Shown: positions 27,856-36,515, counted from the first letter of the stretch. The stretch: DNA of 64,000 nt from Verrucomicrobiia bacterium (GCA_035629335.1 DASPIB010000001.1:674473-738472); one strand, 5' to 3'. Notes: generated by a model from the letters alone, not told the origin. Translations and numbers: made by a program.

Positions 27856-27922
27856 ACTTGCGTAAAAATCTTACCAGTGTTTAAATACTTACGCAGTTGA
27901 CCCAAAAGCGAAAGGCAGAGCA

Positions 27923-28168
27923 GTGCCCGAAAGAAGTACCGACGCCTATAGCCTGTGGGAGATCGTGCTCGTGGGCAATATTACCTCCGAGATAGCCGAT
28001 CCACCTGATAAAAATTCTGGACAGGTAACCATTCTCTGCCCAGAAGATTGCGAGATTGAGCCATTTGCAAACACAATTCGCGTACGAAATACTGGCCCCG
28101 CATTAGCAAATGTTGTGCTGCGCATTCCACCATCTGTGCGCCGTGACGTAAAAGTTACTAGACGCTAA
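27923..28168 (+). CDS. hypothetical protein (uncertain)
   Basis: 81-aa ORF, GTG start, GAAAGG SD. Confidence 0.35.
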   Translation: MPERSTDAYSLWEIVLVGNITSEIADPPDKNSGQVTILCPEDCEIEPFANTIRVRNTGPALANVVLRIPPSVRRDVKVTRR

Positions 28169-28311
28169 TACGGTAGCTGGTTACGCCGGATGACTTAACT
28201 CCGCAAAGCTAGTGCACCGTGAGCTTTCTGTTAGCAAAAAGAGCGCTCGGCGAGTGAGTGTAGCACCATCTTCGGCGCTACACTCACTAAAAACATATTT
28301 TGGCTTAACCA

Positions 28312-28320
28312 TGCTACACT
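28312..28320 (+). promoter_or_regulatory. extended -10 box TGCTACACT
   Basis: Exact nonamer 26 nt upstream of the pilin ATG 28347. Confidence 0.5.
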
Positions 28321-28346
28321 AAAACTAACTAAGTGGGCGCTTTTAT

Positions 28347-28928
28347 ATGCAACAATTCAAAAAAAACCGGTCTGGCTTTACTGTTCTTGAAGTAATTGTT
28401 ACTCTTGCAATTATTGGCATTTTATTAACAATTGGCGTGGTGTCGTATACCGGCTACCAAATGCGTACCCGCGACACTGCCCGCGAAGCAAGTGCCCGTA
28501 TCATTGCGAACGCCCTTGAAGATTACTATAACCGCAATGGCGAGTACCCGAATGTTGGCACCATGATTAGCACCGATCCAGAGGACGTCGACCATTTAGC
28601 GAATACTCTTCGGGTCGACCAAAAAGCCTTACTCACCCCAAGCGCACCCAGCGGTACGCTTAATTCGATTGTTAATTTTGCCAGCACTCCTGATTCAACT
28701 GCTAACGATGTATTTCGCTATCAGGGACTAACAAATGGCGCTTCGGGGTATTCCGACTGCACGAGCACCGGATGGACAGACTATGATTATAGTCGCCTCT
28801 ACACTCCAAAACTTAGCGCTACAAAGCTAGCTGTAATTGTCTCTGAGCCGCGTTGCAAAGCCTTCAAACTCAGCTACAAACACGAAGCCAGTGACACCTG
28901 GAAATACATTAACAGCATCAATAATTAG
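28347..28928 (+). CDS. type IV pilin / pseudopilin (prepilin-type N-terminal cleavage/methylation domain)
   Basis: MQQFKKNRSG|FTVLEVIVTLAIIGILLTIGV is a class III signal with G-F cleavage context and Glu+5. Confidence 0.85.
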   Translation: MQQFKKNRSGFTVLEVIVTLAIIGILLTIGVVSYTGYQMRTRDTAREASARIIANALEDYYNRNGEYPNVGTMISTDPEDVDHLANTLRVDQKALLTPSAPSGTLNSIVNFASTPDSTANDVFRYQGLTNGASGYSDCTSTGWTDYDYSRLYTPKLSATKLAVIVSEPRCKAFKLSYKHEASDTWKYINSINN

Positions 28929-28948
28929 ACCTCTCGCGGAAAAAGCAG

Positions 28949-28954
28949 TACAAT
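28949..28954 (+). promoter_or_regulatory. -10 box TACAAT, leaderless-type
   Basis: Ends 8 nt before ATG 28963. Confidence 0.4.
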
Positions 28955-28962
28955 CGTCTGGA

Positions 28963-30252
28963 ATGAAAGTATTTCCGCAAGAAAAAGTTATCCTGGAAAA
29001 AGTCGTCGGTGGTGGTCAAACCATCGGCACGCTAGCTGATGGCCGCCGGGTGTTTGTTTGGGGTGGCGTGCCCGGCGAAGAGGTGATCGTACAACTCACA
29101 AAGCGCAAGAAAAATTACGCTGAAGCGGTGGCCACCGAAGTGACCCTCCCTTCGCCGCAACGCGTCGCCCCAGAAGATCCAGAAAGTTATTTATCTACCT
29201 CGCCCTGGCAAATTTATAGCTTTGCCGCCGAGCAGCAGTACAAGGCCGAACTCATTAGTGAAGCGTTCGCACTTCACAACCTCCAGCTGCCGCACCAGGT
29301 AGAAATTAAAACTAATCAGCAGCAATATCACTACCGCAATAAAGTAGAATTTAGTTTTTGGTGGCACACCGATTCAGACTCCCTTGACCTAGCTTTCTTT
29401 AAACGCGGCGGCAACGGCAAGGTACCGGTGCACAGCACTAGTTTGGCCCACCCGGCGATTACAGCGGCCGCCGAGCGAATCATAGCGCAGCTCGGTCAAA
29501 AGCACAGCCAGGCCCGCAGCCTTAAAACCCTGCTGCTGCGCTGCACACAAGCCGGCGAGGTAGTGGCGCAGTTGTATGTTAAAGACGAAGCCGTCGCCCA
29601 AGATTTTACCCCAGCCGACATTCTTGCCTGGCAGGTAAGTGGTGGAGAAGTGATCTATTCCGATCACCGATCGCCCGCCAGTGTGATTACAAAACGCTAC
29701 GCCCAAGCAGGCAATTTGTGGCTCGAAGACACCATTCTTAGCATTCCATTCCGCTACGCCGCCGAAAGTTTCTTCCAGGTGAATATTCCATTGTACGAAC
29801 TGGCCCTCCGCGACATGCAGCAGTTTATTCCAAACGGTCCGGTGATTGATATTTATAGCGGTGTCGGCAGTATTGGCCTCACCATAGGTGGCGATCAGCT
29901 CACGCTCGTTGAAAGTAACAACGCAGCCGTTCAAGAAATGAAGCGCAACGTTCAGGCGCTCAAAAGCAGCGCCAAGGTCATCCACACGCCCGCCGAACAG
30001 GCCACCAATGCCATTACGGGTGAAGCAACAATCATCCTCGACCCACCGCGAGCTGGCTTACACCAAGCAGTGATCGATCGTTTGCTGGCAGTGAAACCCA
30101 AACGAATTATTTACCTCAGCTGCAACCCCGTTACTCAAGCGCGCGATGTCGCCCTTCTGCACGAACAATACGCCATTACCGCCCATACCGGCTACAACTT
30201 TTTTCCGCGGACGCCACACATTGAGCATCTCGCTGTTCTAGAGCTGCGGTAA
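28963..30252 (+). CDS. TRAM-domain SAM-dependent RNA (uracil-5)-methyltransferase (RumA/TrmA family)
   Basis: TRAM-like GQTIGTLADGRRVFVWGGVPGEEVIV; SAM motif VIDIYSGVGSIGL; DPPRAGL; catalytic region YLSCNP; the ORF-track start 28837 overlaps the pilin gene, so ATG 28963 is preferred. Confidence 0.85.
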   Translation: MKVFPQEKVILEKVVGGGQTIGTLADGRRVFVWGGVPGEEVIVQLTKRKKNYAEAVATEVTLPSPQRVAPEDPESYLSTSPWQIYSFAAEQQYKAELISEAFALHNLQLPHQVEIKTNQQQYHYRNKVEFSFWWHTDSDSLDLAFFKRGGNGKVPVHSTSLAHPAITAAAERIIAQLGQKHSQARSLKTLLLRCTQAGEVVAQLYVKDEAVAQDFTPADILAWQVSGGEVIYSDHRSPASVITKRYAQAGNLWLEDTILSIPFRYAAESFFQVNIPLYELALRDMQQFIPNGPVIDIYSGVGSIGLTIGGDQLTLVESNNAAVQEMKRNVQALKSSAKVIHTPAEQATNAITGEATIILDPPRAGLHQAVIDRLLAVKPKRIIYLSCNPVTQARDVALLHEQYAITAHTGYNFFPRTPHIEHLAVLELR

Positions 30253-30277
30253 ATTTAGCGCGCCGCACCCCCTGTAG

Positions 30278-30766
30278 CTAACTGGTCGGTATCCGCCGGT
30301 AGCTAAATTCGGCTGCCGTGCGCCAAGCATTGCTGCTATCTGGGTCGAACTTCCGAATAATCCCTTCTTTAACCTCTAAAATCTGCACCAATGCCGGATT
30401 ATACGGCGCTAATGTTCGATAAAAAGCAATGTCAGCCGAAGTTATATTAGTGCGCCCAGGAAAAACTTCTCGAAATTTCTCGCGGCCAATGCGATCAAAA
30501 TAGTCGGGTTCGGTGCGGGGTGGCAAAAATAATTCGGCTTTAAGCCCCATTCGAATAACAATTTTGCGCACGTCGCCAAGCAGTAAGCGCGACTTGGCAT
30601 TAATAAGAACAAATAATTGGTTCTTGGCGGTTAAAAACACCGTGGCTTCGGCCGTGTGACTAACCGGTGCCTGCCGAACAATAACGTGCTTCATTTCTAG
30701 CGCGACGCCAAATTGCTCCCGCGCGAGCCGTTCGATGGCCGTATCGTCATAGATGGCGTTGTTCAT
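30278..30766 (-). CDS. hypothetical protein
   Basis: 162 aa from ATG 30766 (MNNAIYDD...); TACACT box 8 nt upstream. Confidence 0.55.
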   Translation of the reverse strand: MNNAIYDDTAIERLAREQFGVALEMKHVIVRQAPVSHTAEATVFLTAKNQLFVLINAKSRLLLGDVRKIVIRMGLKAELFLPPRTEPDYFDRIGREKFREVFPGRTNITSADIAFYRTLAPYNPALVQILEVKEGIIRKFDPDSSNAWRTAAEFSYRRIPTS

Positions 30767-30774
30767 TACTGTTA

Positions 30775-30780
30775 AGTGTA
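30775..30780 (-). promoter_or_regulatory. -10 box TACACT, leaderless-type
   Basis: Ends 8 nt before ATG 30766. Confidence 0.45.
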
Positions 30781-30816
30781 ACGCGGATATTCTACCTCGA
30801 CAAGAGGCGGATAGTA

Positions 30817-30822
30817 TACAAT
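30817..30822 (+). promoter_or_regulatory. -10 box TACAAT, leaderless-type
   Basis: Ends 7 nt before ATG 30830. Confidence 0.45.
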
Positions 30823-30829
30823 AGATACG

Positions 30830-33800
30830 ATGAACACTTTTGCCAGCCGCTACCACAATCTCAACCCCGCCCAAAAACAAGCCGTCGACACTATTGAAGG
30901 CCCTGTAATGGTCATTGCTGGCCCTGGAACCGGCAAAACAGAGCTACTGAGCATGCGAGTGGCGAACATCCTAACTAAAACCGATGTGCTGCCGGCAAAT
31001 ATTTTGTGTTTAACATTTACCGAATCAGGCGCTGCCGCCATGCGCGAACGGCTGGTGCGCTTGATGGGGCCAGCGGCTTACCACGTGGCAATTCATACGT
31101 TTCACAGTTTTGGTTCAGATATTATTCATTCTTACCCCAACTATTTTTATCATGGGGCGCATTTTCGGCCAGCCGATGAACTTAGCAGCCACGAAATTTT
31201 GCAGGGAATTTTCGAAAAACTGCCCTACGACGACCCACTTGCCAGCCGCATAAATAATGAGTTCACCCAAATTCGCGACACCCAAAACGCCATCTCCGAG
31301 CTAAAACGCAGCGGCTTAACACCAGATGAACTGCTAAAAACCCTCGATCATAACGACCAGTTTATTGTTTACGCTAACCCGGCCATCACTGCCGCCTTTG
31401 AAGTGCCGGTTCGTAGTAAAGCCGCTTTAGCGGCGCTCGAACCACTGCGCGAACACTTTTTTAAATTTCAAGAATCAGCGCTCGAACTACCCGGATTTAC
31501 CAGCCTTAGTAAAATTTGTGCGCAACAATTTTCGGCGACGCTCGATACCGCCCATGAACTCGGCAAAACCACGCCCATTACTGCCTGGCGGGCAAAATGG
31601 TGCGAAAAAGATATCGACGGCCGCACGGTGTTAAAAGACACCACTCGCAGCAAAAAACTGCGCAGTTTATCGCATGTTTATTACGAATACCTGATTGCCA
31701 TGCAGTCGCGCGAACTATACGATTTTGACGACATGATTTTGCGGGTGCTGCACGCCATCGAGCTATTCCCTGAATTGCGTTACAACCTGCAAGAGCAGTT
31801 CCAGTATATTTTGGTAGACGAATTTCAAGATACCAACGGCGCCCAGCTGCGAATTTTGCTAAATCTTACCAACAATGAGGCCCAGGAAGGCCAACCAAAC
31901 ATCCTGGTAGTAGGCGACGACGACCAAGCAATTTACAGCTTTCAAGGGGCTGAGCTGAGTAATATTTTAACCTTTCGCGAGCATTTTAAAGACGCTAAAA
32001 TCATCACCCTAACCGATAATTACCGTTCGGTGGCACCAATTCTTACAGCGGCGCGCAGCATCATTACCCAAGGGCAGGAGCGGCTGGAAAACCAGCTCGA
32101 CTTCATTGATAAAACCCTTACACCGCACAAAACCGCCAACAATGCCGGCGTGCAGCTAGCAGCCCTGCCCACCCTCGAAGACGAATACTACTGGCTGGCT
32201 AAAACCATCCGCAAAAAAATTCAGGCCGGCCACACCCCCGCCGAAATTGCTGTGCTCACCCGAACGCATAAAGAAATTATGCAACTGCTGCCGTATTTGC
32301 AGCGCGAACATATTGCCGTGAATTACGAACGTCGCGATAACATTCTGGAAAGCCCGCCGATAAAAGCCATTGAGCTCGTGGCCCGCGTGCTGCAGGGAAT
32401 TGCCGAGCAGCGTTTTGATGAAGTCCAGGCACGTCTGCCCGAACTGTTGGCTCACCCGGCCTGGGGCATTGCACCATACACGCTGTGGGAATTGAGCTTA
32501 GCGGCTCATAAAGAGCAGCGCTTCTGGCTAGAGGTTATGTTTGAGCAAGAAGGCCGGCTCCAAGATATCGCCAAGTGGCTGGTGACCACCGCGCATATTG
32601 CACTGCATGAATCCCTCGAGACCACCATCGATACCATTCTTGGCAGCCGCGAACTACAAGCCCCAGGCGACGAAGCCGAAGACGGCCAACCACTGACTAA
32701 TGGTGAAACCGAAGAGTTTGTTTCGCCGCTGCGCAGCTACTTCTTCCCGCATGACGCTCTTGAGGAACAGCCTGAGGCTTATTTAGCCTACCTCGAAGCC
32801 TTGCGCACCATCCGCCAAAAGTTTCGTGATTACCAGCCAGATGTCACGCCAACCCTAGCCGAATTCTTGCGCTTCATAGACCTTCACCGGCAAACCGGCA
32901 CTGGCATTGCCAGCCTGCGCACCATGGCGCAAGACTACCAAAACGCCATTTGTGTCATGACGGCCCATAAATCAAAAGGTCTCGAATTTGACACTGTATT
33001 TGTGGTGAATGCTGCCGATTCGGTGTGGGGGAGTAAAGCCAGAACCCGCAGCCGCACAATAAATTTCCCCGCCAATTTACCAATCAGCCCAGCCGGTGAC
33101 ACCACTGACGAACGTCTGCGCCTGTTTTACGTGGCCACAACCCGAGCCAAAACCAACCTACTGGTATCGTACAGCCACAAAGACAGTGCCGCCAAAGACA
33201 GCTTAAAAGCCTACTTTCTGCAAACCGACGCCTGGCAAGAAGCCGAACCTGCACTCCCTGAAACACCACGCGAACAAATTGCCGCCGCCGAAAGCCGCTG
33301 GCAACAAACCAGTCTCCGTTTGCCCAAACAAGACATGGCCACCATTCTTAAGCCGGTGCTCGAAAATTACAAGCTAAGCGCCACGCACCTGAACAACTTC
33401 ATCGATATCACCACCGGCGGCCCGCAAACGGTGTTATTGCAAAATCTGCTTCGTTTTCCGCAGGCCATGGCACCAAGTGCGGCCTTTGGTTCGGCGATTC
33501 ACCAAACATTGCAGCGTGCCCATGCTCACTTTAGTGCCACTGGCAAGCGCCGCCCGGTTGAAGATATTTTGCGCGATTTTGAAGTTGCCCTCACCGAATG
33601 GCGCCTGTCGCCACGCGATCACGAGCAATACTTGCAAAAAGGAAGTGACACTCTACATGCTTTTCTGGCCGCCCGTTACGGCACCTTTACCGAGACCGAC
33701 ATTGCCGAAAAAGCTTTTGGCTCGCAGGGCGTGGTGGTAGGTAACGCCAAACTCACCGGTGCGATTGACTTACTGCGCGTCAACCAGGCCGAACGCACCG

Positions 33801-34171
33801 TCACCATCACCGATTACAAAACTGGCAAAGCCGCCATTGCCTGGCACGGTAAAACCGACCAAGAAAAAATCAAGCTACACCGCTATAAACAGCAGCTGTT
33901 ATTTTATAAACTATTGGTTGAAAAATCGCGCGATTTTAAAAACTATGCCGTTACCGCCGCTCAGCTCGAATTTGTAGAACCCGATAAACATGGGCGAATT
34001 GCCACCCTTGGGGTAGCTTATGAAGCGGCCGAGCTGGCGCGCTTTGAAAACCTTATTACAGCGGTATGGCGACATATTCAGGCCCTCGATTTCCCCGATG
34101 TCAGCAAGTACGAACCAAACTTTAAAGACATTCAAAAATTCGAACAAGACCTAGTTGACGGCGCTATTTAA
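30830..34171 (+). CDS. UvrD/PcrA/AddA-like SF1 helicase with C-terminal PD-(D/E)XK nuclease domain
   Basis: AGPGTGKT, VDEFQDTN, GDDDQAIYSFQGA, DNYRS, TAHKSKGLEFD, YVATTRAK; C-terminal nuclease motif IDLLR...ITDYKTGK. Confidence 0.85.
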   Translation: MNTFASRYHNLNPAQKQAVDTIEGPVMVIAGPGTGKTELLSMRVANILTKTDVLPANILCLTFTESGAAAMRERLVRLMGPAAYHVAIHTFHSFGSDIIHSYPNYFYHGAHFRPADELSSHEILQGIFEKLPYDDPLASRINNEFTQIRDTQNAISELKRSGLTPDELLKTLDHNDQFIVYANPAITAAFEVPVRSKAALAALEPLREHFFKFQESALELPGFTSLSKICAQQFSATLDTAHELGKTTPITAWRAKWCEKDIDGRTVLKDTTRSKKLRSLSHVYYEYLIAMQSRELYDFDDMILRVLHAIELFPELRYNLQEQFQYILVDEFQDTNGAQLRILLNLTNNEAQEGQPNILVVGDDDQAIYSFQGAELSNILTFREHFKDAKIITLTDNYRSVAPILTAARSIITQGQERLENQLDFIDKTLTPHKTANNAGVQLAALPTLEDEYYWLAKTIRKKIQAGHTPAEIAVLTRTHKEIMQLLPYLQREHIAVNYERRDNILESPPIKAIELVARVLQGIAEQRFDEVQARLPELLAHPAWGIAPYTLWELSLAAHKEQRFWLEVMFEQEGRLQDIAKWLVTTAHIALHESLETTIDTILGSRELQAPGDEAEDGQPLTNGETEEFVSPLRSYFFPHDALEEQPEAYLAYLEALRTIRQKFRDYQPDVTPTLAEFLRFIDLHRQTGTGIASLRTMAQDYQNAICVMTAHKSKGLEFDTVFVVNAADSVWGSKARTRSRTINFPANLPISPAGDTTDERLRLFYVATTRAKTNLLVSYSHKDSAAKDSLKAYFLQTDAWQEAEPALPETPREQIAAAESRWQQTSLRLPKQDMATILKPVLENYKLSATHLNNFIDITTGGPQTVLLQNLLRFPQAMAPSAAFGSAIHQTLQRAHAHFSATGKRRPVEDILRDFEVALTEWRLSPRDHEQYLQKGSDTLHAFLAARYGTFTETDIAEKAFGSQGVVVGNAKLTGAIDLLRVNQAERTVTITDYKTGKAAIAWHGKTDQEKIKLHRYKQQLLFYKLLVEKSRDFKNYAVTAAQLEFVEPDKHGRIATLGVAYEAAELARFENLITAVWRHIQALDFPDVSKYEPNFKDIQKFEQDLVDGAI

Positions 34172-34183
34172 TTGGTGTATAGT
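34155..34183 (+). promoter_or_regulatory. canonical sigma70-type promoter TTGACG-17 nt-TATAGT
   Basis: -35 at 34155-34160 inside the last codons of the helicase gene; -10 at 34178-34183 just after its stop. Confidence 0.55.
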
Positions 34184-34222
34184 CGCGATTGACCATCTCC
34201 TCAGCTGGAAGTGAGAGTTCCA

Positions 34223-34414
34223 ATGTTGGGTCTTGGTAATGTGAAGTCTTGCCCAGCCTGCTGCCCATACCGCGTCGACCACTCAACCAATAATCAATGC
34301 AGCCGAAGCGACGGCTGCGGACAGGTTGCATCACCTAGTGCGCCCCACCTCAGCAATTGCCCGCAAAGGCAAGTCGCTGAAGCAGAGAGCAAGGTTGTCG
34401 GCTGGCCCTGGTGA
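34223..34414 (+). CDS. possible 63-aa Cys-containing small protein (alternatively a non-coding transcript)
   Basis: MLGLGNVKSCPACCPYRVDH...; weak GAGAG SD; lies inside a promoter-to-terminator unit 34155-34506. Confidence 0.3.
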   Translation: MLGLGNVKSCPACCPYRVDHSTNNQCSRSDGCGQVASPSAPHLSNCPQRQVAEAESKVVGWPW

Positions 34415-34442
34415 AATAAAAGGGGGCTAAAGGCAAGCGGTC

Positions 34443-34506
34443 CCGCGGGGCGTTCACGAGGCTCACTACAGCTTTCGTGAACGCCTCCGCGGCCCTTTTT
34501 TATTTT
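34443..34506 (+). terminator. strong rho-independent terminator
   Basis: ~17-bp stem ccgcggggcgttcacga/tcgtgaacgcc(t)ccgcgg with one bulge, followed by CCCTTTTTTATTTT. Confidence 0.8.
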
Positions 34507-34551
34507 AGAAAAGCTTGAAGATTTAATTTTTATTTAATCACCTACACATGC

Positions 34552-34580
34552 TTGACGTATATTCTATGGTTTGGTATGAT
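34552..34580 (+). promoter_or_regulatory. canonical promoter TTGACG-17 nt-(TGg)TATGAT
   Basis: -35 at 34552-34557, extended -10 at 34572-34580. Confidence 0.55.
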
Positions 34581-34629
34581 ACTTCTTGCGCATAAACCAA
34601 CTATGCGCAGTGGCAAGAAGGAGAAAACA

Positions 34630-34848
34630 GTGAGTACTTCGCCAGGATCACGAGGTATTGACTTCGGCCTGGAAGACTTCAACGTTCCAGAAATTCCAGG
34701 CGTGGATGAAGAAATTCGGACGCGCAGCTCTGCCCAGACGCCACAGTTCGGACCTGAATCGCGAGGGCTGAACGAGGATGTCCCTCGTAATCCTGGGAGG
34801 TCAAGGCGAGAGCTTCGACTTGGGCCGCGAGGAATTGTCATGAACTGA
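34630..34848 (+). CDS. hypothetical 72-aa low-complexity (probably disordered) protein
   Basis: GTG 34630 preceded by AAGGAG at 6-7 nt; alternative ATG 34603 lies inside an 8-bp leader hairpin (34586-34609); an antisense ORF of equal length exists. Confidence 0.35.
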   Translation: MSTSPGSRGIDFGLEDFNVPEIPGVDEEIRTRSSAQTPQFGPESRGLNEDVPRNPGRSRRELRLGPRGIVMN

Positions 34849-34868
34849 CGATCGGTAGTTCAAGCAGC

Positions 34869-34874
34869 TACACT
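34869..34874 (+). promoter_or_regulatory. possible -10 box (aGCTACACT)
   Basis: Same octamer as upstream of cobO; would place the 34899-34940 hairpin in the leader of the 34972 gene. Confidence 0.3.
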
Positions 34875-34898
34875 GACCATCCATCCACCCCTCTAAAC

Positions 34899-34950
34899 CC
34901 GGGTGGCCGCTGCCGACGGCAAGTCGTAGCGGCCACCCGGCCATCATTTT
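34899..34950 (+). terminator. hairpin plus short U-run (terminator or attenuator)
   Basis: 13-bp stem ccgggtggccgct/agcggccacccgg with an inner 4-bp stem, followed by CCATCATTTT; 22 nt before the SD of the 34972 gene. Confidence 0.5.
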
Positions 34951-34971
34951 AGAGCCCAGAAAGGCTATGCC

Positions 34972-35295
34972 ATGCCCGATACTGTCCCTGGTCAGATTCC
35001 TTGTCCGGATTGTGACGAGCACGTGACAATCAGCGCAGACTACAAGGGTGAACTGTCAGCAACAAGGTGCCCAAACGGCCATCGAGTCGTTTATTTTGGC
35101 CCAAGCGGCCGAAAGTCGCCTGTCTGTCCCCGAAGCGACTGCAAAAAGAACGTTACAGTTCATGTTAGCAAGGAAGGTGTAATGATTCGATCAACCACAA
35201 CCGGCAAGTCCATTCGGCCGTACCCTGTAAAGAAGATCACCTGCGATAAGCATGGTCCGCTCCCCCTGGATGAATTCTTCCCAAAGAGCTCGTAA
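34972..35295 (+). CDS. zinc-ribbon protein (hypothetical)
   Basis: CPDCDEH...CPNGH and CPRSDC...CDKH Cys/His pairs; GAAAGG SD at 7 nt. Confidence 0.55.
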   Translation: MPDTVPGQIPCPDCDEHVTISADYKGELSATRCPNGHRVVYFGPSGRKSPVCPRSDCKKNVTVHVSKEGVMIRSTTTGKSIRPYPVKKITCDKHGPLPLDEFFPKSS

Positions 35296-35304
35296 GTTAA
35301 CGAG

Positions 35305-35340
35305 CGAGTGGCGCTGCCGCGTAGCGCCACTCGGTAATTT
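35305..35340 (+). terminator. rho-independent terminator
   Basis: 11-bp stem cgagtggcgct/agcgccactcg followed by GTAATTTT. Confidence 0.6.
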
Positions 35341-35358
35341 TGACTATACAAATTAAGC

Positions 35359-35367
35359 TGTTATAAT
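35359..35367 (+). promoter_or_regulatory. extended -10 box TGtTATAAT, near-leaderless
   Basis: Ends 9 nt before ATG 35377. Confidence 0.5.
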
Positions 35368-35376
35368 TTAAGTTAT

Positions 35377-36339
35377 ATGCAATCATTTTGGCACGATTTA
35401 CCGCGTCCATTTTTTATTTTAGCCCCCATGGAGGCGGTGACCGATGTGGTGTTTCGCCACGTTGTCGCTAGTGCCGCCCGCCCCGATATCTTTTTCACCG
35501 AATTCACTAACGCTGCCAGCTTTTACAGCCCCGCCGGTGTTCATAGTACCCGCGGCCGGCTAACTTTTACCCCAGATGAACAGCCAATGGTAGCCCAAAT
35601 TTGGGGCAACACCCCCGAGCACTTTTCATACATGGCCAAAGGACTAGCTGCTATGGGCTACAAGGGTATCGATATTAACATGGGCTGCCCAGATAAAGCG
35701 GTAGTAAAACAGGGAAGTGGCAGCGGGCTTATCTTGAACCCCGAACGGGCAGCAGAGCTAATCGCTGCCGCCAAAGAAGGTGGCTTACCGGTGAGCGTTA
35801 AAACCCGCCTTGGTTATAGCCGCACCGAAGAATGGCACGACTGGCTGGCGCACATACTCAAGCAGAACGTCGTGAATCTAACGATTCACCTACGGACTCG
35901 CAAAGAAATGAGCAAGGTGCCGGCGCATTATGAATTTATTTCAGAAATAAAAAAGTTGCGCGACCATATCGCACCGCATACCCTGTTAACCATTAACGGC
36001 GATATCCGTGACCGCCAGCACGGCGAAGCACTCGTAAAAGAATATGGCGTTGACGGCGTAATGATTGGCCGAGGGATTTTCCATAACCCCTACGCTTTTG
36101 AAAAGCAATCGCGCGAGCATAGCCGCGACGACTTATTGCGGCTTTTACGCCTGCACTTAGATCTCTTCGATAAGTACTCTCGCGAACTCGAACCACGCCG
36201 TTACGAGCCGTTAAAACGTTTCTTTAAAATTTATATCCGAGATTTTCCGGGCGCCAGCGAACTACGTGAAGCCCTGATGCATACCCGTAGCACCGCTGAA
36301 GCGCGCGAACAGCTGGCTGCAGTTTATAACAATTACTAA
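35377..36339 (+). CDS. dus: tRNA-dihydrouridine synthase
   Basis: [34 protein letters not shown] are Dus-family signatures. Confidence 0.9.
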   Translation: MQSFWHDLPRPFFILAPMEAVTDVVFRHVVASAARPDIFFTEFTNAASFYSPAGVHSTRGRLTFTPDEQPMVAQIWGNTPEHFSYMAKGLAAMGYKGIDINMGCPDKAVVKQGSGSGLILNPERAAELIAAAKEGGLPVSVKTRLGYSRTEEWHDWLAHILKQNVVNLTIHLRTRKEMSKVPAHYEFISEIKKLRDHIAPHTLLTINGDIRDRQHGEALVKEYGVDGVMIGRGIFHNPYAFEKQSREHSRDDLLRLLRLHLDLFDKYSRELEPRRYEPLKRFFKIYIRDFPGASELREALMHTRSTAEAREQLAAVYNNY

Positions 36340-36344
36340 AATGG

Positions 36345-36378
36345 CTCTGCCACACTACAACACTGTAGTGTGGCAGAG
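36345..36378. terminator. hairpin between convergent genes
   Basis: 15-bp perfect stem ctctgccacactaca/tgtagtgtggcagag with a 4-nt loop. Confidence 0.55.
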
Positions 36379-36515
36379 ACTTCTTGTTCGCTGGAGACTT
36401 GGGCGCTTTTAAAACTTCTAGGGAAGTATGTCGTTAGATGAGCGGTGGACTAAAGCAGGGGGTAGCCTTATTGGTCGATGAGAATAGCTCACGCCGACAG
36501 TCAAGGGCCGAGTGT

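Noticed and set aside
28837-28962. Upstream extension of the methyltransferase ORF overlapping the pilin gene; similar long extensions at 59813-60202 (smpB), 52999-53034 (nuc), 19640-19738, 45777-45836 and 30767-30880
   Set aside because: The extensions overlap neighbouring genes or promoter boxes and lack SDs. The internal ATGs give N-termini consistent with the protein families.
29389-29985. 198-aa minus-strand ORF
   Set aside because: It is antisense to the TRAM/SAM methyltransferase gene, which has clear family motifs.
34383-34392. CAGAGAGCAA, resembling a conserved RNase P RNA segment
   Set aside because: The P4 strands (GAGGAAAGUCC and ACAGAAxCCGGCUUA) are absent on either strand, and no tmRNA, SRP or 6S hallmarks are present. 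The region is left unassigned.
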